A stretch of 64,000 nucleotides of DNA from Eledone cirrhosa (GCA_964016885.1 OZ024756.1:30628001-30692000); one strand, 5' to 3'; positions 1-12,658 are shown, numbered from the stretch's first letter. Notes: generated from the sequence alone by a model not told the origin. Numbers and translations: made by a program.

Positions 1-959
1 TCAACATTTCTTTTAATCCTTTTCGGGATTAATTATATAAAGTAACCCTGCCGGTTAGGGGATTGGGCAGAATCGTAAAAGCGTTAAACGAGATGCTTTG
101 TTGTATTTCTAACAGCTCTTTGCCTTGTAAGGACAAATTCCAATGTAGTTCATTTTGGTGCTAGAATTTAGCCAGCACTGATTATAACACCACAATTTGG
201 CCGCTCTTATAAACATTTGGGCTAGTTTTCATAATTAAAAATATCTTCCTCACTTAAAATTAAACTTAATCTGGGTCACCACAAATTTATATAAACCTTT
301 CTCTGATGAAGTATGTTGGGTCCATTGCTACTTTACCATAGAGAAAATCAGCGCAATACTATTTGCTTAAGTGTAAATTCCTTGGAAGAGAAACGGTTAA
401 AATCAAATTGTTCCTGAAGATTTATAGTCTTCAACATCAGTTAACAATTTTACAACAAATGTTGACCAAGATTACATTCCACCTGACTTTTATAGTTTCC
501 CAATTTACAAATGCGTTAAATCAAAGATTGAATTTACAATTTTGTAACCTTGTGGAGGCAATGTCAATTTCGCTTGTTATTTATGGTCTACAAGTATTCA
601 ACTTTAACACTCCTTTAACTACGACGGTGATTCGGCAGGAAATTCCATCACATTAATTTAAAACTCACCACTAAATTGTAAACGCATGGAAAGTAAAAGG
701 GAAAGAGCCTTGATCAGCAAGGAATTAGAACAAATAGTATTTTACAAAGTAAGTCAACTAAGAGACAATAAAATTACATGTTTTACACTACATTCCAGAA
801 CTATAATGATCTAGAAACGACAAACCAGAGATAGATGAAGATGGAGAGAATGAGAAACAGGTTGAGATAGAGAGAGAGAATGAAGGTAAGAGATGCAGAG
901 AGACAGAGAGACAGATAGATAAATAGAGAAAGAAAGAATGAAATAAATATCTTGTATGC

Positions 960-1010
960 CTGGGGTCTCAAAACACGCGGCCCCAAAATTTCTTTGCTAC
1001 GGTTCGCAGC
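960..1010 (+). mobile_element. possible hAT/Charlie-like DNA transposon terminus (fragment)
   Basis: CTGGGGTCTCAAAACACGCGGCCC resembles the CAGGGGTCTCAAAC...GCGGCCC start of Charlie-type elements; no partner end found. Confidence 0.35.
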
Positions 1011-1527
1011 AGAACAATTTTCGAGACTAATATTTTCCTAATACTAAATAATTTGTCACTTTCTTAACAATGTTTATAATTAGATATATTACAAATTATC
1101 CATTATATATAATAAAAAGGAGAAAAATAAACGGAATTTCTCAGAAGTGAAAACAAAAATCAGAATTAAGGCCAATGTGAAACAAAGTTTATCTGCTGAC
1201 ATTTTGTACTAATTCACATATCCCACTTACTCTCACAGGTGTATTCATTTTGATGATAAATAACCCAATAGATAGCAGCCGATGATATAAGACCTGTGAA
1301 TAATTGTGAAACAAACTCTTTAACCATACTGCCAAGTCTGCATCTATTAATAGATAGATATATCACACCCCATCTCACTTTTGGTCTACTGTGCCTATCC
1401 TCTATGACGTAACGACACTTTTGGGTCCATCAGTTAGAGACACCTGCTGCAGATGACATAACGTGACTTTCTAGAATTCAGAAGAAAATCTCTCTTACAA
1501 CTAATATCAGGAGGCAACATTACCATA

Positions 1528-1647
1528 TGAGTTCATATCTCGCCGAGGTTAACTTGGCTTTTCATCCTTACGGGGTCGATAAAATAAAGCTCCAGTAATG
1601 CACTGGGATAATTGCAGGCCTTGTGCCAAAAGTAGAAAAAATAATTT
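1528..1647 (+). mobile_element. tRNA-derived SINE (Meta-domain-like core), 5'-truncated
   Basis: GAGTTCATATCTCGCCGAGG...CTTTTCATCCTTACGGGGTCGATAAAATAAAGCTCCAG...GGCCTTGTGCC, shared with more than 10 other copies in the window. Confidence 0.85.
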
Positions 1648-2259
1648 AAGACATTAGAGTGTAATTTAAAAGAGATGTGGCTGCTATTTCTCCAAAACCT
1701 ATCAAACATAATCATGTCAGATGACTTGATCATGTGATATCTCAATTCAGAGAAGTAGCGTCTCTTCCTGGAGGGACTCTCTGATCTCCAAGCTACAGAT
1801 AGGTCCAGCGATTCTTTCCGGAGACATTCTAACCCCATGCCCATAGTATCGGAGCTGTGATCTCTTAATTCGGAGAGGTAACGGCTCTACCTAAAGTGAC
1901 TCTTTGATCACGGAGCTACGCACTTTATCGAGTAACGTAGTCCCTGAGAAAAATCTCTCGTAGAAAACATCACCATATATAGATTTCTATGTAATCTAGA
2001 TATATCGTATAATGCAGTGTTCCGGTAGAAGTCATGTAGTGTTTAAAAGCGATCCTGAACATTCTGAGGTCGAAATTCTTCAAACACAAGTTTGGAACTA
2101 CATTATTTTATGATTGATAATATTATAAAACATCTAATACAATGATCCTTTAAGCAGACATGTTTCCAGAAATAACATTTGAAAGCGCGAAGAATTATTT
2201 TCGTTGAAAATGTGTTAATATATAATATAATAATAACCATATATATATATATATATATA

Positions 2260-2376
2260 GGTAAGTTATTCCGGGTTGAATCGGAGTTAACCACAGTAAG
2301 TAAGGTAGCAGGGATTCCTGATGATTTCTAAAGAATGAAACAGTTCTAGTCCTGTAGAATCTCATCTATATTAAAA
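2260..2376. mobile_element. hammerhead element family A, internally deleted (tail on -, HHR on +), flanked by (TA)n
   Basis: GTTATTCCGGGTTGAATCGGAG tail joined to the GATTCCTGATGA...GAATCTC arm; homologous to 9824-10033 and 34045-34252. Confidence 0.8.
2311..2363 (+). ncRNA. type I hammerhead ribozyme (family A)
   Basis: GGGATTC-CTGATGA-tTTCtaaaGAAt-GAAA-CAG ttctagtc CTG-TA-GAATCTC: 7-bp helix I, intact core, GUA triplet. Confidence 0.75.
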
Positions 2377-2931
2377 TATATATATATATATATAATATAT
2401 ATTTAAAAAAAAACATATTTATATATATACATGTATATATATAATATATATTTTGAAAAACATTTATATATATATATACATATTTACATAGTAATATATA
2501 TATATGCATGTTTATATTAAATATTATGTCGATAAGTCACTTTTAATTCAATTGATGTGTTTTCTGCTAACGTACCAGCTGGTAATTTTTGACAAATTTC
2601 TGCACATCTATTATTTGCCAACATTTGACTTTGTAAAGGCAAAAGAAGAAAAAATCTCATCTATTGATGTTTCCAAGAAACATGAAAGGTGTATAAAATA
2701 TTTCTTGCTGTGAAGAAACTAAAACTTAAAAAATATGTACAAGAAAATTGAAAATAACATCCTATTTGTTTTTCTTATGTTCTTTTTACTAGTTTCTTTC
2801 TGTGTAAAATTATATTTATGGATTTTAAATTCAATTTTGACCTTGTTTAGTATTGAAATTGAAGATGTAACATTTTCAGATATAATAGGCGAAAACATGG
2901 CTAAGTTGGTAATAGATGTGCTTATATATTT

Positions 2932-3009
<78 letters not shown>

Positions 3010-3190
3010 TATTATACTTTTGGAGGGTCATGCTGCCAATAAAAACACCCGCGCCTCTTGGTTTCGCTTCAATTTATCATAAATTTACGTTTCGTTGGTT
3101 GGTTGGTTCGATAATCGGATCGGATGATTGTTTATATATTGGAAAAGCACTTTCGTCACGCGTTCTGTAACTTCCTCAGTGATTATGTTT
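3010..3190 (-). mobile_element. family D repeat with hammerhead-like motif (3141-3184)
   Basis: GGAGGGTCAT end next to (TA)n; - strand CTGAGGA-a-GTTAC agaacgc GTGAC-GAAA-gtgc-TT; helix I decayed. Confidence 0.55.
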
Positions 3191-3234
3191 TTATTTTGTG
3201 TCTCTCCTTTGTTATACACCATATTATTTTTGTG

Positions 3235-3350
3235 TGAAGGGTTAGTGGATAGAAAGTTGGATTCGCAATTCTGAGGTTCCGACTTCAATTCTTGGACCGG
3301 GTGATGTGTTGTGTCATTGAGTAAAACACTTTATTTCACGTTGCTCCTTC
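3235..3350 (+). mobile_element. older tRNA-derived SINE (second family)
   Basis: degenerate tRNA head, then GTGTTGTGTCATTGAGTAAAACACTTTATTTCACGTTGCTCC; related to 34768-34870, 35745-35840(-), 40425-40575 and 41488-41602(-). Confidence 0.55.
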
Positions 3351-4555
3351 TGTCAGGAGTTGCATCCGGTAGATAGTATCAGCAATGGAAAGACCAATGG
3401 AAACATTGTTTCCTTGGTCCTAATTTACAAGGTCCTCTCCACTCGGCAATTGAGTGGGGTCTGGGATCTTAATAATCACCTCCCCTCACTTATTAGTTTT
3501 CAGATTTTTATACCCTACTCCCGCTTATTAAATTTTGCATTCCTGCAATAATTAAATAAAATAATGTCATATATAATTAAATAATTAAATAAAATAATGT
3601 CATATATAATGTTTTTTTTTAATGTCTAAAGACATAGATAAAACAACATTATATATGACATTATATATGGCGAAAAATTACATTACTAGAAATCCCGTAT
3701 GTTATAAAATAAATAGGATGGGTTGGGGTCTGAATATGCGAACTAAACGACTAATTTCCTTTTTTTTAAATCAACGGAGAAAATTTAGAAAAAGTACTTC
3801 TCTTCTACCCCACTTTCCGCTTATCCACTCCCACGCCTTATTATTTAGGACCCAAAATTACGTGGCATATTAGGAATCTGTCTTTATTGTAGCCCTAGGT
3901 AGATCCAATTTTTGTAAACGAAATTGAGTTCACTGTAAATATGGCAAACACCTCGGAATGATTGGATCACTAATTCAAAGGTTCTGGCCTGTCATGTGGT
4001 GTGTTACGCTGAATCATCTAAGGAAATACATTATGAGTACACGTGTCTCTGAAATCAGTTAGTTTACTCCATACATTATTTTACGAGCTGTAAGTTGAGT
4101 TGATTTAATATCTGAATTCTAGTCATCGTCGATAGCGACGGAGAATTTCTCATATGACATTTTGTAGTAGGTCACAGGACTACGTTAGCAACTCTCCCTT
4201 TTGACCATCTGTTAATATAAATATTCTAACGATCGACAAAGAAATAAATCTGAACTACGGTATTATTTAAAGCAAACCAATTTACTGTTATTACATGTTA
4301 TCAATTCCCTCAGCAATAAACCTATAATACTAAATTGTCATTGGATTTCTAATTTGTCACTTGGATCAATTTCTAGTTATAAGCCCTACCTCATAACAAC
4401 GTTTTATATGAGGTCTGTTTCCCCCCAAAGCACAAAGTGATGTATTTAAATCTAACATACAGAAGCACGAAGCAGATCTACAAAGGAGGTTAACTATAAG
4501 AATTAATCAGATCCCAGCCACAAGCCCCACAAAGAAGTCCTTTACACACACATAT

Positions 4556-4735
4556 AGTTATACTTTGGGAGGATCATGCTGCAAATAAAAAATACACGCA
4601 CCTGTTGAATTTTACTTCAATTTATTATTATAATTTCCTGGTCGGTTAGTTTAATAACCGGATGGTTGTTTTATTGTTGATTATCATCAAAGCTCTTTTG
4701 TCATACATTCTGTGACCTCATCAGCGACTAATTGT
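4556..4735 (-). mobile_element. family D repeat with mutated hammerhead (4686-4728)
   Basis: GTTATACTTTGGGAGGATCAT end; - strand gtcg-CTGATGA-g-GTCAC agaatgt ATGAC-AAAA(G12A)-gagc-TT-tgat. Confidence 0.55.
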
Positions 4736-5180
4736 TATTTACAATATAGTTTACTGTTGTATGTTTAATGACCTAGGGATGACTGTGTTGTTAAGAATTT
4801 CACTACTAAATTATGTGACACTTAAGGGTTTTTAATAGAATCCATTCTGTTTTCAGCATTCAGAGTAGGTTTCCGGTCCGGTTTGAAAATGCCTTCCTAT
4901 GTCCCAGCAGTTTAGGAAGCTCTGAAAACAATTAACGCCCGTATTTGCTCCTTGTACTTCCCTGACTAAACAGTATAGAAAAATCTAACTCCAGAAACCA
5001 TGTGGAAACTCGTTGGAAAAATGGTTATTATTTTTGTCCTTGTTCTTTGGTACGGTTGGGTTATTTACATAATCCATCGTTCAACATCATCTGTTCCTTG
5101 TGTGGTTTTAACGGAGTCCATTCAGTTGCTAGCTTTTGAGTCAACCTACCGTTTTGATGACAACTTTTTTAACTATCTGC

Positions 5181-5442
5181 GATTATTCTCACTTTTAGCA
5201 CAAGGCCAGCAATTATCCCAGTACATTACTGGTGCTTTATTTTATCGACCCCATAAGGATGAAAGGCAAAGTTAGCCTCGGCGGGATTTGAACTCAGTTC
5301 CCTTACGAACCCCCTTTATGAACTGAGTTCAAATCCCGCCAAGGTTAACTTTGCCTTTCATCCTTACGGGGTCGATACAATAAAGCACCAGTAATGTACT
5401 GAGATAATTGCTGGCCTTGTGCCAACAGTAGAAACAATTATT
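5181..5442. mobile_element. two 5'-truncated SINEs head-to-head forming a palindrome (5181-5300 -, 5320-5442 +)
   Basis: both stop at GAACTGAGTTC near the B box; 19-nt spacer. Confidence 0.85.
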
Positions 5443-6508
5443 GTCAGTTGAGGCACTGAAAATACAAAGGGCTAAACACTTTCCTATATACCTAAAAAAT
5501 AAAAAGTAAATAAAGATTTTCTCTCTCTTGTAGAAAAACAAAACAAAAAACAAGAAAGGTCAAACATACAGCTTATTCCCCATTTACAAAAGGTGTATAA
5601 ACTCAACAAATGAATTAATAAAAATACAACAAAGTAAATTATTACTTATCTGCTAAAATCAAGCATGTGTATAAATGTGTAAATGCTATCTCGTTTCTAC
5701 GAAATCTCACACATCATGGCTATTTATAATAAATTACCTTTCGTTCTATCTTCGATTCATTTTCCATTACTTTGCATTCTTTATTGCGTATTGTTTTAGT
5801 TTCTTCCAGTGTCTGTTTTTGTCTTTTGTCATTCCTAGGATCTGTTCTATTTTCTCATTAACTTCTCAGTGGAATGGACTTTAGTTTTCGTTGCTTCTTT
5901 CATTATTTGTTTATTTCTTTGCAATTATATTCCAATGAATTCCATTACATGCTTTCTGTTAATTAAACATTTTCCAATGTTCACTTTGCTGACATTCACA
6001 ACGCAGTACATATTCACAACACCACGCAATACCACACAACGCCACATAACACAACACAACACGACACTACCCAAGCACAGTACAATAGAAAATCGATTGT
6101 TCTCTACACTTACATATTGTTTCCCATTAATGAAGGCAATTTACCATTAGAGAAGCTAAATTTGGACGTATTTCCTACATGTCGGCGTCTTAGATACTAT
6201 AGAATGAAATGATTATCTAAGTAGTCACGCATTAACTCCGCCTTAGCCCAAACCCCAAACACTACATACAATTAAGCAGCATCGAAACCTTTTGATATTT
6301 TACATTGCCGTCGTAAAAGTTTAAATACACAATTGGAAAAGATTATCCACGATATATGCAGTAAATGAGCAATTGTCATATTTACAACGTGGCACCTTCA
6401 CACAGACATTCTATCTACTAGAAATAACAGCTAAAATATCCCTCCTTAAATCACATTGTTTTAAAAACTAGAGTTCATTTATTTTTTTTATTAAATTGTC
6501 AAAATAAT

Positions 6509-6696
6509 TGTTTCTACTTTTGGCTCAAGGCCAGCAATTACTCCGGTGCATTACTGGTACTTTATTTTATCGACCCCGTAAGGATGAAAGGCAAAGCTAA
6601 CCACGGCGGGATTTGAACTCAGAACATAAAGGGGCATAACTCTATGCTGCATAGCATGGTGTCTGACACTCTACCGATACTGCCAATCGACAGCTC
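6509..6696 (-). mobile_element. full-length SINE (short subfamily)
   Basis: A-box TGGCAGTATCGG, B-box GAGTTCAAATCC and core on - strand; flanked by AATTGTCAAAATAAT. Confidence 0.9.
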
Positions 6697-6715
6697 TTTT
6701 AATTGTCAAAATAAT

Positions 6716-6926
6716 GATGTCTACTATAAGCATAAGGCCAGCACTTTGGGGTTAAAGTCGATTAAATCGACCCCAGTGCGTGGACTGGTGCATCATTTAT
6801 CGACCGTATAAGGATGAAAGACAAAGCCAGCATCGGCGGGATTTGAACTCAGAACATAAAGAGGCGTAACTCTATGCTGCAGGGCATGGTGTCCGATCCT
6901 CTACTGATACTGTCAATACATCGCCC
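6716..6926 (-). mobile_element. full-length SINE (long subfamily, extra GTCGATTAAATCGAC segment)
   Basis: tandem to the previous copy, same 15-bp flanking repeat. Confidence 0.9.
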
Positions 6927-7149
6927 TTTTAATTGTCAAAATAATAAAGTGTACATATGACGATGTAATCCTAGCTCCACAAAGAGAAAGGGTGGACAAG
7001 TCTACAAAGTGGAGCATCCTCTTGTCCGTATAATCTGCTAGAAACAATAGCCGAATTAATTTTCAAATTACTCAACATATATTTAAATAAGGAAGGATAC
7101 AATTTACGATGTAGTCCTGAGAATAGTGCTAATCAATATATTATCTAGA

Positions 7150-7330
7150 TTGAGGCAAGTGATATCGATTGTTCTAGAATATCAAAGACCGTTCTGGAAT
7201 AGCAGAGATGCGTTTGTATAGGAAATCATGAACAAAATTTGATTTGGAAGTATGGATGCTGAAATACATTTTAAGCCGGGTTAGGCCGTAGGAGATCTGG
7301 TCGAGAGATATTTCCATAATCCCAGGGTAG
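7150..7330 (+). pseudogene. possible highly decayed RTE-type LINE 3' remnant
   Basis: GGTTAGGCCGTAGGAGATCTGGTCGAGAGATATT reads ..RP*EIWSRDI, like the GRPxxxWxxDI C-terminal motif of RTE ORFs. Confidence 0.3.
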
Positions 7331-7611
7331 TATTTTCGCTCTCAGCTCCATTATCCAACCATTTTATAATTTATAAATAATGTGATAGGTCAAAGATATA
7401 GAGCTGATCATACGCAAATCCTTTTAGCTCTGTAGAATAATACATCTGTTAATATATACACCATCTATGATACTACATGTATCAACGTATAATGTATTCT
7501 AAAAAGCCATGGATGGAAGAGGAAACTTTCACTCTGGAAGGAAAGAGAAGCGCAGATATTATGACGATGATGATAAAGATAATGATGTTTAGGATGAAGA
7601 TAGATTTCTGC

Positions 7612-7646
<35 letters not shown>

Positions 7647-7650
<4 letters not shown>

Positions 7651-8017
7651 TACTTGGGGAGGGTCATATTTGCGTAATATTGCCAGAATTAATAACAGAA
7701 CACACTCACTGTTTGGTTGGTTTTCGCTTCTCGCTGTCTTTTATATCTGCGATCTAACTTACTCGGTCCTCAATGTTGCCATTGACTGACCGACGGTCAA
7801 AAATAATACAGATACAATATAGACACAAACACATATATATAGTTTACATAATTTACATAAATCTTTCGTTGCACATCTGCAACATCGTCAGTGGTGTTAT
7901 ATTCTTTGTTCCTCCTGTTGTGTTGTATGTCTACGCCATTTTACGCAAATATGACCCTCCCCAAGTATAACAATATCTGTTTCGACACACGATTTCATAT
8001 AAAAAACCTCGCTAAAC
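7647..8017. mobile_element. family D element: inverted ends, hammerhead-like motif (7854-7895, -) and tail, inside (TA)n
   Basis: GTTATACTTGGGGAGGGTCATATTTGCGTAA ... TTACGCAAATATGACCCTCCCCAAGTATAAC; - strand CTGACGA-t-GTTGCA gatg TGCAAC-GAAA-gatt-TA. Confidence 0.65.
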
Positions 8018-8040
<23 letters not shown>

Positions 8041-8048
<8 letters not shown>

Positions 8049-8456
8049 TGCAAACTCTACTAAGAGAATTGCAATCACTTGCCAGATTATAGAATTTGGT
8101 AGACTATTATGCTACGGCCAGCCACACGAACCCGTACACATATCTCGAACAAGCCTCTTCTTTAAATGTTTTTTAAGTGGGGAAAGGCTTTGCACTCGAC
8201 CAATCACGTTCTGTGAGCATTGAAAACCCTACCCGAAAATGAGAACTGGCCAACAGGTTTTTTTCAGAATTTCCCTCTCCTAGAAAGGTATTGTGACAAC
8301 TGGGGGCCTTCACTCCCACGTGGGAAAAAATAAAATGTACTATTTGGATGGCCGTTGACGCTGTACAACCTGTCACATGATCGGGTCGTCGGCGACTAAA
8401 CCAGCAACCCCACCGGGCTTGCTTGGGATGAAATACAAGACCTGGTAAAGGCTAGA

Positions 8457-8460
<4 letters not shown>
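8041..8460. repeat. GC-richer unclassified insert between (TA)n tracts
   Basis: sharp compositional boundaries; ends AGAGGA(TA)n like 10141-10463. Confidence 0.35.
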
Positions 8461-8525
<65 letters not shown>

Positions 8526-8604
8526 AAACAGAGAAAGCGGTATGAACCAGTCGGTCACAACAATAGGTTTGTGGTCTCCCCGGCCTGAGTATCGAGGACT
8601 CTCA

Positions 8605-8656
<52 letters not shown>

Positions 8657-9127
8657 ATATATATATAATTATGTAACACCACCATAGCCACCCAACGGTA
8701 GTTTGATTGACAACAAAACTCTCACTGTAACACTGTCGTATCAATGTAATATAACGAAGCATTTATAACCTGTATGAAAGTGATACGATAATATTAATAA
8801 ACTGTCATGCGATAATATAGGATAACATATGATAACATAATATAACATGCCTCTGCGGACGTGTCTAACAAATGTACACGTTAGTAGTTGCTCGTGACTG
8901 TCACAAGCAGCTATTGTCTGTTATTGAACCATCGAAAGAGAGGTCAATGGTGAAGTCACTTAAAAGCTATCTTGACAGCTGGATTTATGATATCGTGTCG
9001 TGGTCAAAGGTTTGCGGAAATAACTACAATAGAAAAAGCCCGAGAATTAGATTTACAAGCAAGAATACTTCTATAGAAGGCTAGCCTGGAATATTATATT
9101 ATATATATGATATAGTGTTTATACATA

Positions 9128-9180
<53 letters not shown>

Positions 9181-9218
9181 CACACATACACTCACACATA
9201 AGTACACATACACGCACG

Positions 9219-9303
<85 letters not shown>

Positions 9304-9424
9304 GCATTGTTGTCTGCTTAAGGAGTGTGGTTTTCTTCTGCTCTAGCCGTGAAATTTTGTTGATTAAAATTGTATGGAGGCCGTTGCGTATATATATTTA
9401 TATATATGTATATATATATATGAT

Positions 9425-9776
9425 TTGAAAGTGAGGTGTTTTTTTTTTACAGAATGAAAAATAACCGAGGTGTCCTATACGAGTGAAAGTATAAAGAAAA
9501 AAAGATGAAATCGAAAATGCAACTGGAGTCTTATTTTTTAAAAAATATATATATATTTATTTGGTTCCTTTACCGGTTTCGCAGTTATTCTGCTTTTCAA
9601 AAGTAAAGTTGAGGTGGAGGGTCTGTGGTTTTTCTCACATCTCAAGATGTGAGAAAAACCACAGACCCTCCACCTCAAAGCAGAATAACTGCGAAACCGG
9701 TAAAGTAACCAAATAAATATATATATATTTTTTTTAAAATAAGACTCAAGTTGCATTTTCGGTTTCATCTTTTTTT

Positions 9777-9782
<6 letters not shown>
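9425..9782 (-). mobile_element. hammerhead element family C with inverted partial copy
   Basis: palindrome centred near 9642 (CTCACATCT-CA-AGATGTGAG); homologous to 19838-20052; (TA)n flanks. Confidence 0.8.
9565..9606 (-). ncRNA. minimal type I hammerhead, U3-A8 core variant (family C)
   Basis: TTACTT-TTGAAAA-GCAG aataa CTGC-GAAA-CCGG-TA-AAGGAA; palindromic helix III ACCGGT. Confidence 0.7.
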
Positions 9783-9826
<44 letters not shown>

Positions 9827-9837
9827 TTAATATAGAT

Positions 9838-9890
9838 GAGATTCTACAGGACTAGAACTGTTTCATTCTTTAGAAATCATCAGGAATCTC
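9838..9890 (-). ncRNA. type I hammerhead ribozyme (family A, inverted arm)
   Basis: reverse complement GAGATTC-CTGATGA-...-GAAA-CAG..CTG-TA-GAATCTC. Confidence 0.75.
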
Positions 9891-9898
9891 TGAATCTC

Positions 9899-9951
9899 GA
9901 GATTCCTGATGATTTCTAAAGAATGAAACAGTTCTAGTCCTGTAGAATCTC
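9899..9951 (+). ncRNA. type I hammerhead ribozyme (family A)
   Basis: GAGATTC-CTGATGA-TTTCTAAAGAAT-GAAA-CAG TTCTAGTC CTG-TA-GAATCTC. Confidence 0.78.
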
Positions 9952-10057
9952 ATCTATATTAAAACTTTTATACTCTGCAATGTATTGAGTACCTTACTTA
10001 CTGTGGTTACCTCCGATTCAACCCGGAATAACGTATATATATATATATATATATATA

Positions 10058-10120
10058 TTACTCTTTTACTCTTTTACCTGTTTCAGCCATCCGGCTGAGG
10101 CCATGCTGGGGCACCGCCCT
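10058..10120. mobile_element. short interspersed repeat end with (TACTCTTT)2 terminus
   Basis: TTACTCTTTTACTCTTTTACCTGTTTCAGCCATCCGGCTG; inverted copy at 28992-29032. Confidence 0.55.
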
Positions 10121-10140
10121 TGTATATATATATATATATT

Positions 10141-10463
10141 CTTAGCAGCCTCGCGTCGCTCGGGTAGCTCTCCGCCGCCGTGGAGTGGCCCGATGACGCG
10201 CAGGGTACTGAGGTCCTTTTCTTCGTGCTGTTTTAGCCATAAGATGACGCCATCCTACTGGCCGGGCGGGCAGGCCGGTACCTCTTCAGTTTAGCTAGCT
10301 TTTGAACTCTAGAAGATGATGACTCATCTAGGGACCAATAGTCGGATACCTGTGTGGCATGGTAAAACCTGCCAGAACATTGAGTACCTGTACCATAGCT
10401 ATCAAGCAGCAAGGGTAACCGCTGCCCCGCTTTTGAGGCACTGAAGTAGGATTTTGCAGAGGA
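10141..10463. repeat. GC-rich unclassified insert between (TA)n tracts
   Basis: CpG-rich block sharply bounded by TA repeats; ends AGAGGA(TA)n. Confidence 0.35.
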
Positions 10464-10518
10464 TATATATATATATATATATATATACATATGCATGTGT
10501 GTGTGTGTGTGTGTGTGC

Positions 10519-10561
<43 letters not shown>

Positions 10562-10588
10562 GTGTGTATATACATATATGTCAGTGTT

Positions 10589-10638
<50 letters not shown>

Positions 10639-11029
10639 CGTGTGTCAGTCAGCGTGTGCTTGTGTATGTGTCTATATGTTGGAACCTCTCTCATCTTTGT
10701 GTGTTTTCTTCGTTCGTTTATCACTATCGGTACTGCGAGATAAATATCTTTCCAATTATAAAATATAATCTCAGCGCCTTATTCCGATTCCATTATACCC
10801 CTGTGATGTATTTAATAAATATTTAAAGCTAATGAATAAATTGAACATTTTCCAAACTTTTCGTGAGATTTTTCAATCTGATATATGAAATTTTTCAATC
10901 ATTTCTACAATGTGTCTTTGATAAACTTGTTCAAGATGTTTTTATTACCATGGTATCCAGAAAAATGGATCTAAAACGACGACAATCATCTTAATGATGA
11001 CCTTCAGAACGGTGGTGATGTTGATCATG

Positions 11030-11039
11030 GTGATACTGT

Positions 11040-11080
<41 letters not shown>

Positions 11081-11094
11081 TTGATGCTGATGAT
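11030..11094. repeat. (GAT)n microsatellite
   Basis: direct reading. Confidence 0.95.
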
Positions 11095-11178
11095 TTTTCA
11101 GTTTGGGAATACAAAGCGAAATGTTGGCTAAAGTCGTTTCTTAAATTACGAAACATACAGAAACAGCAAACGTAACAA

Positions 11179-11247
<69 letters not shown>

Positions 11248-11453
11248 GAGAGAGAGAGGGGAGTGAGAGAGATATGGTCCGTATTGAGTCTAGAGCAACG
11301 TTACTGTACAAACAACTCATTAACTACACGACCATACCTAAACCTACATAAATACATTCATGCGTATATGCGTACACGTATACATACATATAAATACACA
11401 TATAAATATAAGTAGATACTCACACACACATACACACACTCACGCACACACAC

Positions 11454-11499
<46 letters not shown>

Positions 11500-11503
<4 letters not shown>

Positions 11504-11690
11504 GTTTCTACTTTAGGCACAAGGCCAGCAATTACCCAGTGCATTACTGGTACTTTATTTTATCGACCCCGTACGGATGAAAGGCAAAGTCAACCTCGGC
11601 GGGATTTGAACTCAGATCGTAAAGGGACGTAACTATGCTGGAAAGCATGGCGTCCGACCCTCTACCGATACTGCCAATCCATCACCGCCT
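11500..11690 (-). mobile_element. full-length SINE inside a (TA)n tract
   Basis: near-identical to 14871-15056 and 18320-18510. Confidence 0.9.
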
Positions 11691-11821
11691 ATATATATAT
11701 ATATAATAAGGAAAAGCGAAGTAGTTTCAGTAGTTTTCCTTATTCGATATTTACTCCGTCACTCCTATGTGGAAAAAGTACGTTGAATGCTTGAATTGAA
11801 TTGCATCAATGTTTACCCTAA

Positions 11822-11907
<86 letters not shown>

Positions 11908-12490
11908 TCAGTTGAAATTCATTAACATAACATTTTTCTAGTATCAATTCGATATCCATGACCTCTATGAGGCAAGCAGTCATATTGTTTGAAATCGGAA
12001 ACCGCTTTTAAGACATCTACAATAGCTGATGACAGTCGTACTTGTCTCTTCTTACTCTACATTGTCTTATGGTGTATTTGTTGCACACACACACACACAC
12101 ACATGCGCACGCACACACTGATATATATATATATATATATATTGACTAAACAGTGTTCATGCGCCATGTGAGAAATAATACATATATACATACATACCCA
12201 CACACTTACATACGTACGTACATACATACATACACATCCGTCTTTATTCAAACACTCAGCACTGTGTCATTTGGGAATCAACGTTTTCTATATCAAAACC
12301 GTAAATCATTCTAGGACTAATTATCTTTAATAAATATCTTTTTTCATGTCTAACTACATTTATGACAATGTATTAGATAAATTACCATCGGATATCTATC
12401 TATATATCTATCTATCTATGTATCTCTCTCTCTCTCTCTCTCTCTCTGTCTCGATATCTATATCTATATCTATATCTATATCTATCTATC

Positions 12491-12525
<35 letters not shown>

Positions 12526-12596
12526 ATATAAATATATATTCATGATTGATTATACGTATATATATATGTATATATATAAACATATATATATATATA

Positions 12597-12653
<57 letters not shown>

Positions 12654-12658
<5 letters not shown>

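Larger units (their letters stand above)
9824..10033 (+). mobile_element. hammerhead element family A, complete (inverted arm + HHR + ~80-nt tail) in (TA)n
   Basis: perfect ~67-bp inverted arms 9824-9890 / 9899-9965, then tail ...CCGATTCAACCCGGAATAACG(TA)n. Confidence 0.85.

Noticed and set aside
9824-9965. Family A, C and D inverted arms as MITE terminal inverted repeats
   Set aside because: Arms are asymmetric (one side extends as a tail), breakpoints differ between copies and they contain ribozyme cores; a retroelement origin fits better, though it is unproven.
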